A DNA stretch of 64,000 bases from Natronospirales bacterium (GTDB lineage Bacteria; Pseudomonadota; Gammaproteobacteria; Natronospirales; REEB76): assembly GCA_021816765.1 (NCBI GenBank), contig JAKAXB010000003.1, positions 100,074 through 164,073 on the forward strand. Reading direction: 5' to 3'. The translations under genes were made by a program, and so were the position numbers. Below are positions 1 through 9,185 of the stretch, piece by piece. Position 1 is the first letter of the stretch; each line of letters opens with the position of its first letter. Below the pieces are notes generated by a model, which was given only the letters and a program-made list of their open reading frames with translations, ran no database searches and was not told where the DNA came from.

Positions 1-1
1 G

Positions 2-421
2 CGGGGCATCAATACGGCACAATTCACCCGCACCCTGAGCATCCTTGCCGGCAGTGGCGTACCGGTGCTGGAGGCACTGCGGATTTCCGCAGAGGTGGTG
101 GCGAATGTTCCCATGCGTGAAGCGGTCGAGGAAGCCGCCATGCGCGTACGTGAAGGCGCGTCCATCAGTCAGTCGCTGGCGAAAAGCGGCCTGTTCCCGC
201 CCATGGTGGTACATCTCATCGCCAGCGGTGAAACCAGTGGTGAGCTGGATGCCATGCTGGATCGTGCCGCCGTAAGTCAGGAACGTGAACTCGAAACACT
301 TACCGGTACGCTGCTCGGGGTCATGGAGCCGCTGCTGATTCTGGTGATGGGTGTGATCGTACTACTCATCGTGCTTGGCATCCTGCTGCCGATTTTCAAT
401 CTCGATCAACTGGTGCATTAA
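2..421 (+). CDS. gspF: Type II secretion system platform protein GspF, C-terminal fragment (5' end outside window)
   Basis: The frame of track ORF 65..421 stays open to the left edge. The translation ...GLFPPMVVHLIASGETSGELDAMLDRAA...EPLLILVMGVIVLLIVLGILLPIFNLDQLV matches the conserved second cytoplasmic repeat plus last TM helix of GspF/EpsF proteins. By recall it is closer to GspF than to PilC. Confidence 0.8.
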   Translation, partial: RGINTAQFTRTLSILAGSGVPVLEALRISAEVVANVPMREAVEEAAMRVREGASISQSLAKSGLFPPMVVHLIASGETSGELDAMLDRAAVSQERELETLTGTLLGVMEPLLILVMGVIVLLIVLGILLPIFNLDQLVH

Positions 422-666
422 TGCATGGCAGAGAATCACCTCTGCCGCACATGCCTGGCCTCGGGGAAGAACTACGCCCGCACCGGTTGGCCGGACAGCA
501 CGATCAGCCCGCGGACATGGGGTATTGTAGGTATACTATTAAACGCGATCCAGGAACTTTTGCAGCTTTTCCCGCCCTAACAGGCCTTGGGAAATTTCCA
601 TGAATTTTGTCCGCCTGCGCGTGTGACAGGGAGGCCGCACCGGGTCCAGCGTCCGGGAGAATTATC

Positions 667-3600
667 ATGAAGAAGTCCGGGTTATTCCCTGTTTTAACGG
701 CTATTTTTTCCATCGCTTTATTGACAGTATCCACCGGATTTGCCCGCGGTGCGGCACCGACTGACCCCTTCCACCACCTGCAATTCCGCAACCTCGGACC
801 GGCCTTGGCCGGCGGCCGGGTCACAGCAGTCGTGGGCATCCCCGGCAACCCCAATGTCTACTACGTCGGTGCCGCCGCCGGCGGCGTGTGGAAAACCGTT
901 GATGGCGGCCTGCAATGGAAAGCCGTCTTCACCAAGGAAGGCTCAGCCTCCATCGGCACTCTCGCACTCGCGCCCTCCAATCCCAATATCGTATGGGTGG
1001 GAACCGGCGAGTCCAATATCCGCAGTGACGTGATCAACGGTGCCGGCCTGTACGTGTCCACGGATGCCGGCAAGACCTGGAAGCTCATGGGTTTCAAGAA
1101 CGCCGGCCAGATTTCCCGGGTGCTCGTGGATCCGCAGAACCCCGATGTCGTGTGGGTGGCGGTGCTGGGCCACGCCTGGGGTCCGAATACCGAACGCGGG
1201 GTGTTCAAGAGCACCGATGGCGGCAAAACCTGGAAGAAGGTGCTCTACGAGAACGACCATACCGGCGCCATTGACTTGGTGATGGATCCCGGCAACCCCA
1301 TGGTGCTGTACGCCGCCCTGTGGCAAGCAGTGCGCCACCCGTGGATACTGGATGAAGGCGGTCCGGACAGCGGCATCTGGCGTTCCACCGACGGCGGCGA
1401 CACCTGGACCCGACTGACCAAGGGTATGCCCAAGGGTCCCATCGGGCGTATCGCCGTGGCGGTGGCTCCCAGCAATCCACAGCGTGTGTATGCGCTCATG
1501 GAGACGCGGCGCGGCAACGGCTTGCTGTTCAAATCCAATGATATGGGCGATCACTGGAAACAAGTGAGCGAGAACTACAACCTGGACGTGCGGCCGTTTT
1601 ATTTCACCCGCCTGTTTGTGGCGCCCAATGACGAGAACAAGCTGTATTTCCTGTCCTTCTGGCTCATGGAATCCGATGATGGCGGCCACACCGCGCACCC
1701 CATAGACATGAGCGTGCACGTGGACCACCACGCCTTCTGGCAGGATTCCACCAATCCCAACCGAATCATCCAGGGCAACGACGGCGGCGCGTACCTCAGC
1801 CTGGATGGCGGCAAGACCTGGCGCTTTCTTGACGGCATGCCCATCGAGCAATTCTACATGGTGTCCACCGACAACCGCACACCCTATGACATCTGCGGCG
1901 GCCTGCAGGACAACAGCGGCTGGTGCGGCGCGTCCAGCTCGCTGGCCGACAACGTGGGGAGCGGTAACGACTGGTACACTGCGGTGGGTGGCGACGGCGA
2001 GTATGTGGTGCCGGCCCCCAGCAACCCGGACATCATCTACGCCGATGCGGAAGACGGCGCCATCGTTCGCTTTGACCGCAAGACCAAGCAGTCGCTGTTC
2101 ATCATGCCCTACCTGCACGGTCCGGGCCTGATCAACGACCTCGAAACCAAGAACCAGAAGTACCGCTTCAACTGGACTGCGCCCATCGCGGTATCGCCCA
2201 CCGATGCCAACACCGTGTATCTGGGTGGCAACGTGCTGTTCAAGTCCACCGATGGTGGCCTGCATTGGACGGTCATCAGCCCTGACCTGACCCGCAATGA
2301 CAAGAGCAAGCAGTTGAACTCCGGCGGCCCGGTCAACTACGACCTGTCCGGTGCAGAGACCTACGACACTATCCAGTCTCTGCAACTGGCCCCTACCGAC
2401 CAGAACGTCATCTGGGCCGGTACCGACGACGGCCTGGTGCAAATCACCCGCAACGGCGGCACGACTTGGCACAATGTCACACCCTCGGGAGCCCCGAAAT
2501 GGGCGCGGGTGTACCAGATCGGTGTATCCCCCTTCCATGCCGGTACCGCCTACCTCGCCTTTGACAATCACGAGATGGACGATAACCGTCCCTACGTGTA
2601 CCGGACCGACGACTACGGCAAATCCTGGCAGCGTATTGACGCGGGCCTGCCTGACGAGTCGGTGCTGGTGGTGCGCGAGGACCCAAACAGGAAGGGATTC
2701 CTCATGCTCGGCAACATGACCGGCCTGTGGTATTCACGCGATGACGGTGCCCGCTGGCAGCCGCTCAAGGCCAACTTCCCCACCGCGCCGGTGTTCGACC
2801 TGCAGTTCAAGAATCACGACCTGGTGGTCGCCACCCACGGGCGCGGCGTATTTGTGCTGGATGATATCCGCCCCATCGAGGAAATGGACAGCGCGATCGC
2901 GAAACAGACTTTCCACCTGTTTACACCCTCGGAAGGCACGGAATTCCTGAGTTGGAACCGCGGTGAGGGAGCCGAGCCATCCTACACGGCACCCAATGCG
3001 CCAAATGGCACCGTGCTGGATTACTTCCTGAAAGATATGCTTAAGACCACGCCGGCAGAGAAGGCCGCACACCACACGCCGGTGAAGATCGTGGTAACTG
3101 ACATGAACGGTAACCCGGTAGCCACGCACTACGGACCGGCCAAGCAGGGTGTCAACCGCTTTGTATGGAACATGCGTTATGACGGCCCCACTCCGCTCGA
3201 CTTCCAGCACCTGCCGCCCTATGCCAAAGCCGCCGGCTTCGGCAATATCGGCCCCCTGGTGCTGCCTGGAAGCTACAAGGTAGCAGTGACCGCGGGTGGT
3301 AAGACTCAGATTACCACGGTGACGGTCAACAACGACCCCAACAACATGTTCCCCATGGACACGCTGCGGGCAACGTTGCGAATGGGAATCGAGACACGCA
3401 ACGACATGAGTGCGTTCAACGAGATGCTGAACCGCATTGTGGCCATGCAGGATACGCTGGATACCTTTGAAAAGGGTGTGAATGGAAATGCGCAGCAGAA
3501 GGCGCTGTACGCCATGGTACTGGGCCAGGCCCAGGCTCTCAAGAGGAAGCTGACTGCGCTCAAGAACAGTGTGTACAATCCTGAGGAACAGCATCTGGTA

Positions 3601-3867
3601 CCGGAAGACAGCCTGCACTGGCTGTCGCGCCTGGACGGTGACCTGCAGGGACTGTATTTCGGCGCCGTCGGACTTTATGGCCAAGCGCCGACCGGGCCGA
3701 TGCTGGAAACCTATCAGGGCATCAAGCCGAAACTGGAAGAGGCACTCAACCGGTTCAACGCCATCTTGGCAACGGATGTACCGGCCTATAACAAGGTCGC
3801 CTATGCCGTGGGCGCGCCCACGCTCATGGTGGGGCAGCCCATCACGGTAAAGCCGGTCCAGATGTAA
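667..3867 (+). CDS. Secreted BNR/Asp-box repeat protein (double beta-propeller, sortilin/VPS10- or GH74-like) with unassigned C-terminal region
   Basis: Track ORF 607..3867. The ATG at 667 has GGGAGA (655-660) 6 nt upstream and is followed by a signal-peptide-like MKKSGLFPVLTAIFSIALLTVSTGFARGAAP. There are ten Asp-box-like motifs (STDAGKTW, STDGGKTW, STDGGDTW, SNDMGDHW, SDDGGHT, SLDGGKTW, STDGGLHW, TRNGGTTW, TDDYGKSW, SRDDGARW). The last ~330 aa carry no motif I recognise. Confidence 0.8.
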   Translation: MKKSGLFPVLTAIFSIALLTVSTGFARGAAPTDPFHHLQFRNLGPALAGGRVTAVVGIPGNPNVYYVGAAAGGVWKTVDGGLQWKAVFTKEGSASIGTLALAPSNPNIVWVGTGESNIRSDVINGAGLYVSTDAGKTWKLMGFKNAGQISRVLVDPQNPDVVWVAVLGHAWGPNTERGVFKSTDGGKTWKKVLYENDHTGAIDLVMDPGNPMVLYAALWQAVRHPWILDEGGPDSGIWRSTDGGDTWTRLTKGMPKGPIGRIAVAVAPSNPQRVYALMETRRGNGLLFKSNDMGDHWKQVSENYNLDVRPFYFTRLFVAPNDENKLYFLSFWLMESDDGGHTAHPIDMSVHVDHHAFWQDSTNPNRIIQGNDGGAYLSLDGGKTWRFLDGMPIEQFYMVSTDNRTPYDICGGLQDNSGWCGASSSLADNVGSGNDWYTAVGGDGEYVVPAPSNPDIIYADAEDGAIVRFDRKTKQSLFIMPYLHGPGLINDLETKNQKYRFNWTAPIAVSPTDANTVYLGGNVLFKSTDGGLHWTVISPDLTRNDKSKQLNSGGPVNYDLSGAETYDTIQSLQLAPTDQNVIWAGTDDGLVQITRNGGTTWHNVTPSGAPKWARVYQIGVSPFHAGTAYLAFDNHEMDDNRPYVYRTDDYGKSWQRIDAGLPDESVLVVREDPNRKGFLMLGNMTGLWYSRDDGARWQPLKANFPTAPVFDLQFKNHDLVVATHGRGVFVLDDIRPIEEMDSAIAKQTFHLFTPSEGTEFLSWNRGEGAEPSYTAPNAPNGTVLDYFLKDMLKTTPAEKAAHHTPVKIVVTDMNGNPVATHYGPAKQGVNRFVWNMRYDGPTPLDFQHLPPYAKAAGFGNIGPLVLPGSYKVAVTAGGKTQITTVTVNNDPNNMFPMDTLRATLRMGIETRNDMSAFNEMLNRIVAMQDTLDTFEKGVNGNAQQKALYAMVLGQAQALKRKLTALKNSVYNPEEQHLVPEDSLHWLSRLDGDLQGLYFGAVGLYGQAPTGPMLETYQGIKPKLEEALNRFNAILATDVPAYNKVAYAVGAPTLMVGQPITVKPVQM

Positions 3868-3892
3868 GCTCAGACCGCGCGATGGAACTCAT

Positions 3893-3922
3893 GGGGAGGG
3901 CGAAGCCCTCCCCCTTTTTTTT
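3893..3922 (+). terminator. Rho-independent terminator of the BNR gene
   Basis: GGGGAGGGC gaa GCCCTCCCC (9-bp GC-rich stem, 3-nt loop) followed by C and T8, lying 26 nt after the stop codon. Confidence 0.75.
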
Positions 3923-4592
3923 GCCTTCACCATTCATTCTGAGCGTAGCGCTGACGAGGAGCGGCCTCTGGCTGCGATGTTTCTTTCCGTTCGATCTGAG
4001 CGCAGCAAAGTCGAAAGGTATTTGCCCCCTCTCCCTCCGGGTGTTGTACAGATCGGGGAGGGTTGGGGGGGAAAGAAGGTGTGTGCGGCCTTCAGCCGCG
4101 ACGATTTATGCCGGGGTTTCGCCCCCGTACGACGAAGTACTTTTCTTGTTCGCACAAGGAAAGTACTCAAAGGAAATCGCCCCGGAGCACGGGCCGCTGG
4201 AACGGCGGTTACCCTCCGCGCTTCCTTCGCTCAGGGCTTCGCAGACGGGGCATCCCTGCCCCGCTGCGGGCTCACCATCCTGCGCTTCGCCCGCTGCGCA
4301 GCTTGATCCTCGCAAAGTCCAGTGCTCGGCTCGCGCTACGGGTAGAAAGAGCAAGACGCTCAGACATTAAGGGTTGTAGTTTCGAATTCACGAAATACGC
4401 TGCACTAACTCGCTGATTCGTACAATTTGCGCTACGCGTATTGCGCTATACGCTTGCTTGCCGGTTGGAAAAGCAATGCTGCTACTGCAGCACGCCATCC
4501 CAGGCAGCTTTCCCGGAAAGCGGCGAACGACCCGCCACGGAAGGTGAGGCTGGTCAGCGCACCAAGGAAGGTAATGGCCTGCCCTCCGGAGC
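3923..4592. repeat. Repeat- and palindrome-rich non-coding island (REP/MITE-like debris or unrecognised RNA)
   Basis: No credible ORF; the track ORFs here are Arg/Pro/Ser-rich and overlap in several frames. The octamer [T/C]CTGAGCG occurs 4 times: forward at 3938-3945 and 3995-4002, reverse at 4228-4235 and 4357-4364. A 14-bp hairpin lies at 4136-4167. A C-rich/G-rich inverted pair lies at 4025-4071. A tandem TTGCGCTA (4427-4434, 4441-4448) flanks the palindrome TACGCGTA (4433-4440). Confidence 0.5.
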
Positions 4593-5567
4593 CTAGAAAC
4601 GAATGAGAGCTGCCCCCCACGTAAATCCGGCGCCGAAGGCCTCCAGCAGCAGGGTCTGGCCACGCTGGATGCGCCCATCCCTCACTGCCACGTCCAGCGC
4701 CATGGGCACCGATGCCGTGGAAGTGTTGCCATGGTCCCGGACGGTGAGGATCACCCGTTCCATGGGCATTTTCAGCTTGCGCGCGGTGGCCTCGATGATG
4801 CGCAGGTTGGCCTGATGGGGAATGAGCCAGTCCAGTTTTTCAGGCGGCATATTGTTGGCCTTGAGCGCTTCCATCACGATTTCACCGAGTTTGGTAACCG
4901 CCACCTTGAAGACTTCGTTACCGCTCATGCGGATGAAATCCCTACCCGACTTCATGTCGTCGAAGCCTTTTGACACCCCCGAGGGGAAAAACAGCAGATC
5001 GGCGTACTGGCCGTCAGCGTGCAGGTGCGTGGAGAGGATTCCCGCTTCGTCCGAGGCTTGTAACACCACCGCGCCGGCGCCGTCGCCGAACAGCACGCAG
5101 GTACCACGGTCCGTCCAATCCGTCATGCGTGACAGGGTTTCCCCGCCCACAATCAGGGCGCATTTGGCGCTGTCCGCGCGGATAAATTTATTCGCGATGT
5201 CGAGCGCATAGATAAAGCCGGTGCAGGCGGCTTCCAAGCTGAAAGCGGTGCAACCGTGAATACCGAGGCGCCGCTGCAACAGGCAGCCCATATTGGGAAA
5301 TATCTGGTCCGGTGTGGTGGTACCGACGATGACAAGGTCTATATCCTTGGCAGTGACATCCGCCGCCTGCATGGCATTACGGGCGGCCTTTTCACAGAGA
5401 TCCAGGTTGGTCTCATTTTCGGCAACGATGTGGCGGCGCTCAATGCCGGTGCGTGAACGAATCCACTCGTCAGTGGTATCCACTATCTTTTCCAGATCCG
5501 CATTGGTCAGGACTTTTTCCGGTAAACAGCGTCCTGTGCCGGCGATTCTGGAATAGACTGGTTTCAT
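4593..5567 (-). CDS. fabH: 3-oxoacyl-ACP synthase III (KAS III)
   Basis: 324 aa, full-length match by recall to FabH: active-site context EAACTGF, C-terminal [15 protein letters not shown]. The start ATG overlaps the plsX stop (ATGA at 5564-5567). Confidence 0.95.
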   Translation of the reverse strand: MKPVYSRIAGTGRCLPEKVLTNADLEKIVDTTDEWIRSRTGIERRHIVAENETNLDLCEKAARNAMQAADVTAKDIDLVIVGTTTPDQIFPNMGCLLQRRLGIHGCTAFSLEAACTGFIYALDIANKFIRADSAKCALIVGGETLSRMTDWTDRGTCVLFGDGAGAVVLQASDEAGILSTHLHADGQYADLLFFPSGVSKGFDDMKSGRDFIRMSGNEVFKVAVTKLGEIVMEALKANNMPPEKLDWLIPHQANLRIIEATARKLKMPMERVILTVRDHGNTSTASVPMALDVAVRDGRIQRGQTLLLEAFGAGFTWGAALIRF

Positions 5568-6601
5568 TGCGCCTTTACCTGAGGCTGGGGTAGCTGGTTT
5601 TCCAGCAGCCGACCAATGCGTTGCGGCACTTGGTTCTGCACTTCGAGAATTGCGACACGGATGGCGCTGGCGAAGGCTATGCGATCCGAACTACCATGGC
5701 TTTTTATCACCACTCCGCGCAAGCCCAGCATGCTGGCGCCATTATAGTTACGCGGATCCAACCGCCGTCTGAGGGCATGCAATACGGGAAGCGTAATCAG
5801 CGCCAGCAGGCGCGTGAATAGCGTGCGACGAAACTCCTGGCGGATGTACTGAGCAATCATCTTGGCAAGACCCTCAATGGTCTTGAGAGCCACATTGCCC
5901 ACAAAACCATCGGTTACCACCACGTCCACATCTTTGGAAAAGATATCATCTCCTTCTACAAAACCGATGTAATTGAGATGACTCTCAGAAAGCAGTTTAC
6001 CGGCCTCACGCACCTTTTCGATACCCTTGATTTCCTCCTCACCGATATTCAACAGCCCCACGCGGGGTTCCTGTATGTTATGGACCGCGCTGGCGAGTGC
6101 CGAGCCCATCACCGCGAACTGGAAAAGCTGTTCCGGTGTGCAGTCGGCATTGGCACCCAGATCCAGCATATGGGTATGTCCGCCATGGGAAGGGATGAGT
6201 GTGCAGATGGCCGGACGATCTATGCCATGCACCGTCTTGAGCACGAAGCGCGCGGTGGCCATGAGCGCGCCGGTATTGCCGGCACTCACGCAGGCATCCG
6301 CGGTACCAGCCTTGACAAGATCTATGGCCACACGCATGGACGAATCCTTCTTGCCGCGCAGAGCCTGCGATGGCAACTCATCCATTAGCACCATTTCCGA
6401 GGCGTGCTGGACCATGAGCCGCGCACCATATACTCCGCGGTAGCGGCTCAGCATGGGGTCCAGCACCGTGGCATCCCCCACGAGGATAACGCGCAGAAAA
6501 GCATGCTTCGCAAGCATGTCAATGGCGGCCGGCACTACCACGGAAGGACCGTGATCACCGCCCATTGCGTCCAGCGCAATCGTAACCGTGTTGTTGTTCA
6601 T
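5564..6601 (-). CDS. plsX: Phosphate acyltransferase PlsX
   Basis: 345 aa with typical PlsX N-terminus [13 protein letters not shown] and conserved core. Canonical position between rpmF and fabH. Confidence 0.95.
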   Translation of the reverse strand: MNNNTVTIALDAMGGDHGPSVVVPAAIDMLAKHAFLRVILVGDATVLDPMLSRYRGVYGARLMVQHASEMVLMDELPSQALRGKKDSSMRVAIDLVKAGTADACVSAGNTGALMATARFVLKTVHGIDRPAICTLIPSHGGHTHMLDLGANADCTPEQLFQFAVMGSALASAVHNIQEPRVGLLNIGEEEIKGIEKVREAGKLLSESHLNYIGFVEGDDIFSKDVDVVVTDGFVGNVALKTIEGLAKMIAQYIRQEFRRTLFTRLLALITLPVLHALRRRLDPRNYNGASMLGLRGVVIKSHGSSDRIAFASAIRVAILEVQNQVPQRIGRLLENQLPQPQVKAQ

Positions 6602-6665
6602 GCCACGGATGTGAACGCTCTGCGCCCTCGCCTGTCTTGCCGCCGCTGCATCCTCTGACGACGGC

Positions 6666-6703
6666 GGATAAAAGTCACCGGAACAACAGGGTTGTTCCGG
6701 TGA
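6666..6703 (-). terminator. Strong hairpin (terminator/attenuator) between rpmF and plsX
   Basis: On the minus strand: TCACCGGAACAAC cct GTTGTTCCGGTGA (perfect 13-bp stem, 6675-6703) followed by CTTTTATCC, 20 nt downstream of the rpmF stop. Confidence 0.6.
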
Positions 6704-6722
6704 TACTGTAGAAAGAACGCGC

Positions 6723-6905
6723 TCAGTCTTCCCGACGCGTGTTCAGTATCTTTTTGCCTCGATATTGACCGTCAGCACCGATATGATGCCTGCGGTGGGT
6801 TTCCCCTGTAGCCTGATCGACCGAGAGTGTAGGACCCTTGAGCGCATCGTGTGAACGGCGCATGCCGCGGCGTGAAGGGGTTACGCGACTTTTCTGGACA
6901 GCCAT
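6723..6905 (-). CDS. rpmF: 50S ribosomal protein L32
   Basis: 60 aa; [22 protein letters not shown] is the conserved L32 N-terminus. Confidence 0.95.
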   Translation of the reverse strand: MAVQKSRVTPSRRGMRRSHDALKGPTLSVDQATGETHRRHHIGADGQYRGKKILNTRRED

Positions 6906-6943
6906 GCTGGACTCCTCATAGAAAACGTTTCAAGCATAATGGA

Positions 6944-7462
6944 TCAACGGTGCTCAGGCGCCTTCAAGGTTGCAAAGGAGCCACCCGGCGTGGTTGTAAT
7001 ATTCTCGCCAGCCGGGGATATCTCAGGTTGTGCCAATCCGCTGCATTCCTCGGACGACTCATGTACTGCCGCCATCGGCAGAGCAAGCAACAGCTCATCT
7101 TCGACGACGTCCGCCAGCTTCACCCGACCGCTGGCCGATACCAGCAGCTCATGGTCAGCGGATAATCGGGCAGCTTCCTCTTCTCCCCGCACCCAAACCA
7201 TATGGAATGCCGCCGCAACTGGAAGGTGCATGCTTCCAAGACAGCGCTGACAAGTCATGCCAAGCGTTGCCTGCACTCGGCCCTGCACAACGGTCTGGCC
7301 ACCGTCAATAAATATCTGCAGTTCTATCTCAGCGACGCCACCAGAATCCGCTACCGCCGCAGTGAGCCGCGGCAGCGTGACAAGTCCAAGCTGACCCGTC
7401 AACCGAACAGGCTGGCGGGCCACCCGCGTCAGGTCCAAGTACTCCGGCAACATGCCTGACAT
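6944..7462 (-). CDS. yceD: DUF177 / 23S rRNA accumulation protein YceD
   Basis: Track ORF 6944..7624 trimmed to the ATG at 7462 (MSGMLPEYLDL...), giving 172 aa, close to E. coli YceD (173 aa). Has the CQRCLG motif and the canonical position upstream of rpmF. Confidence 0.85.
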   Translation of the reverse strand: MSGMLPEYLDLTRVARQPVRLTGQLGLVTLPRLTAAVADSGGVAEIELQIFIDGGQTVVQGRVQATLGMTCQRCLGSMHLPVAAAFHMVWVRGEEEAARLSADHELLVSASGRVKLADVVEDELLLALPMAAVHESSEECSGLAQPEISPAGENITTTPGGSFATLKAPEHR

Positions 7463-7601
7463 AAGCACGTTATGATACGTTTTGCGCCCGGAGTTGTCAA
7501 AAGAAAACAACGGCAACCCCTTGTTTTTATTGCTGCTTGCCAGCATTGACTCGGGTGCGTACAGCGTCCGCCCACACGGCGGCAACCCACCGGGAATCGC
7601 C

Positions 7602-8177
7602 ATGCAGATTGTGCTCGCTTCCACCTCTCCCTACCGCCGCGCCCTCCTGCAAAGGCTGGGACTCACGTTCGTCTGCGATCCGCCTGGAGTGGACGAATCC
7701 CCGCAGCCTCAGGAAGCTCACGCAGTGCTGGCGCAGCGGCTCGCGCGCACCAAGGCACAGGCAGTAGCAGCGCGCCACCCGCATGCACTGGTGATCGGTT
7801 CGGACCAAGTCGCAGCCTTGGGTACCGATATTCTCGGCAAGCCGGGGACCCATGAACACGCGGTCGCGCAACTGACAGCCGCTTCTGCCCATGTAGTGAA
7901 TTTCTACACCGGCTTGTGTGTGCTGGACACAGGTACAGGCCGGAGTCACGAGTATCTGGATACGACCCGCGTCCACTTCCGGCGGTTGAATACGGGGGAA
8001 ATAGAGCGTTATCTCAAGACAGAACAGCCCTACAACTGCACGGGAAGTTTTCAGGCCGAAGGACTGGGCATCAGTTTGTTCAAAGCCGTCGAATCCGAGG
8101 ATCCTACCGCCTTGGTGGGGCTGCCGCTTATCAGTTTATGCCGTTGCCTGCGGGAAAGCGGTGTTCCGGTCCCTTAG
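7602..8177 (+). CDS. maf: Maf-like nucleoside triphosphate pyrophosphatase (YceF subfamily)
   Basis: Track ORF 7482..8177 trimmed to the ATG at 7602. MQIVLASTSPYRRALLQRLGL is a typical Maf N-terminus. Divergent from yceD, as in E. coli yceF. Confidence 0.85.
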   Translation: MQIVLASTSPYRRALLQRLGLTFVCDPPGVDESPQPQEAHAVLAQRLARTKAQAVAARHPHALVIGSDQVAALGTDILGKPGTHEHAVAQLTAASAHVVNFYTGLCVLDTGTGRSHEYLDTTRVHFRRLNTGEIERYLKTEQPYNCTGSFQAEGLGISLFKAVESEDPTALVGLPLISLCRCLRESGVPVP

Positions 8178-9124
8178 CTGGCATTCCCCAGTCGGTCCAA
8201 TGTTCCTTGCAGATTATCGTCCAGAGGCGCAGTCACCCGCAGCGGCTCGCCGCTTCCGGGATGGGTAAAGGCAAGGCTCTGGGCATGCAGGAACATGCGT
8301 TTGAGCCCCAGGTCGTAAAACCGTCGGTTGATATCCCGCCGGCCGTATTTGTCGTCGCCCGCCACCGAATGACCCAGGTGCGCCGCATGCACGCGAATCT
8401 GATGGGTGCGGCCGGTCAGGATCGACACTTCCACCAAAGTCGCATCTTCGAACAGCTGCAGCGGCCGGAACCGGCTCTCGGATTCCTTGCCCGAGTCGGA
8501 TACCCGCACACGACGCTCACCACTTTGCAGTACGTTCTTCTCCAGAGTGAGGCGGACACGCCGCTCGCCGTCCTGCCAGCGTCCATTCAAAAGGGCAAGG
8601 TAGCGTTTTTCCACCCGCCCCTCCCGCCAGGCAGCATGCAGCATGCGCAAGGTGCTGCGTTTTTTTGCCACTATCAGGCAGCCGCTGGTCTCCCGGTCGA
8701 GCCGGTGCACCAGTTCCAGTGAATGTTCCTCCGGCCGCATGCTCCGTAACGCTTCGATCACGCCAAAACTGATACTGCTGCCACCATGCACCGCTATACC
8801 GGCTGGTTTATTGAGCACCAGCAGCTGACTGTCTTCAAACAGAATGGTTTCCCGAAGCACTGCAAATCGGCGGCTGTCGGGGAAGGAAGGCTGCACAGTT
8901 TCCGCCTGGCGTACCGGTGGCAGACGTATTTCGTCGGCAACCTGCAGCCGATAGTCCGGCTTCGCGCGCCCACCATTGACCCGCACCTGGCCGGTACGCA
9001 ATAGCCGGTACACATGGCTTTTGGGTACGCCCTTCAGAATCCGGAATAGAAAATTGTCGAGGCGCTGCTCCGCCTCCTCCTCTCCAATGGCCAGACGCCG
9101 GGCTTTTGGAGAGAGGTTTTCCAC
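8174..9124 (-). CDS. rluC: 23S rRNA pseudouridine synthase RluC
   Basis: 316 aa with an S4 domain (RLDNFL...) and an RluA-family catalytic core (HRLDRETSG). Divergent from rne, as in E. coli. Confidence 0.9.
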   Translation of the reverse strand: MENLSPKARRLAIGEEEAEQRLDNFLFRILKGVPKSHVYRLLRTGQVRVNGGRAKPDYRLQVADEIRLPPVRQAETVQPSFPDSRRFAVLRETILFEDSQLLVLNKPAGIAVHGGSSISFGVIEALRSMRPEEHSLELVHRLDRETSGCLIVAKKRSTLRMLHAAWREGRVEKRYLALLNGRWQDGERRVRLTLEKNVLQSGERRVRVSDSGKESESRFRPLQLFEDATLVEVSILTGRTHQIRVHAAHLGHSVAGDDKYGRRDINRRFYDLGLKRMFLHAQSLAFTHPGSGEPLRVTAPLDDNLQGTLDRLGNAS

Positions 9125-9156
9125 ATAAGCTCCTGAAAATAAAAGCGTTCGAGTCG

Positions 9157-9185
9157 TTGAAGGGGCACGACTTCGCTGTTATAGT
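9157..9185 (+). promoter_or_regulatory. Candidate sigma-70 promoter of rne
   Basis: TTGAAG (9157-9162), a 17-nt spacer, then TATAGT (9180-9185). This would give a leader of about 340 nt. Confidence 0.5.

Noticed and set aside
421-603. 60-aa ORF directly after gspF.
   Set aside because: It has no SD, no recognisable motif and an odd composition. A pseudopilin such as GspG would start with a characteristic prepilin leader (G-F-T-L-x-E), which is absent.
943-2571. 542-aa ORF antisense to the BNR gene. There are similar long antisense ORFs at 2734..3684, 23889..24710, 26052..26963, 28230..28997, 34934..36253, 49440..50288, 55909..56901 and 62288..63109.
   Set aside because: Each lies opposite a gene whose product I recognise with strong family motifs. 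Their translations are Gly/Arg/His/Val-rich with no motifs. Long stop-free antisense frames are expected in GC-rich coding DNA.
3882-4416. Track ORFs inside the non-coding island (162 aa, 109 aa, 117 aa on +; 78, 82, 96 aa on -).
   Set aside because: They overlap each other in several frames and are Arg/Pro/Ser/Gly-rich. They lack SD sequences and run through hairpins and repeats. I treat them as translation artefacts of repeat DNA.
4530-4592. GGTCAG...GGAAGG motif faintly reminiscent of SRP (4.5S) RNA domain IV.
   Set aside because: Only two short words match. The spacing and the flanking helix of the conserved 4.5S hairpin are absent.
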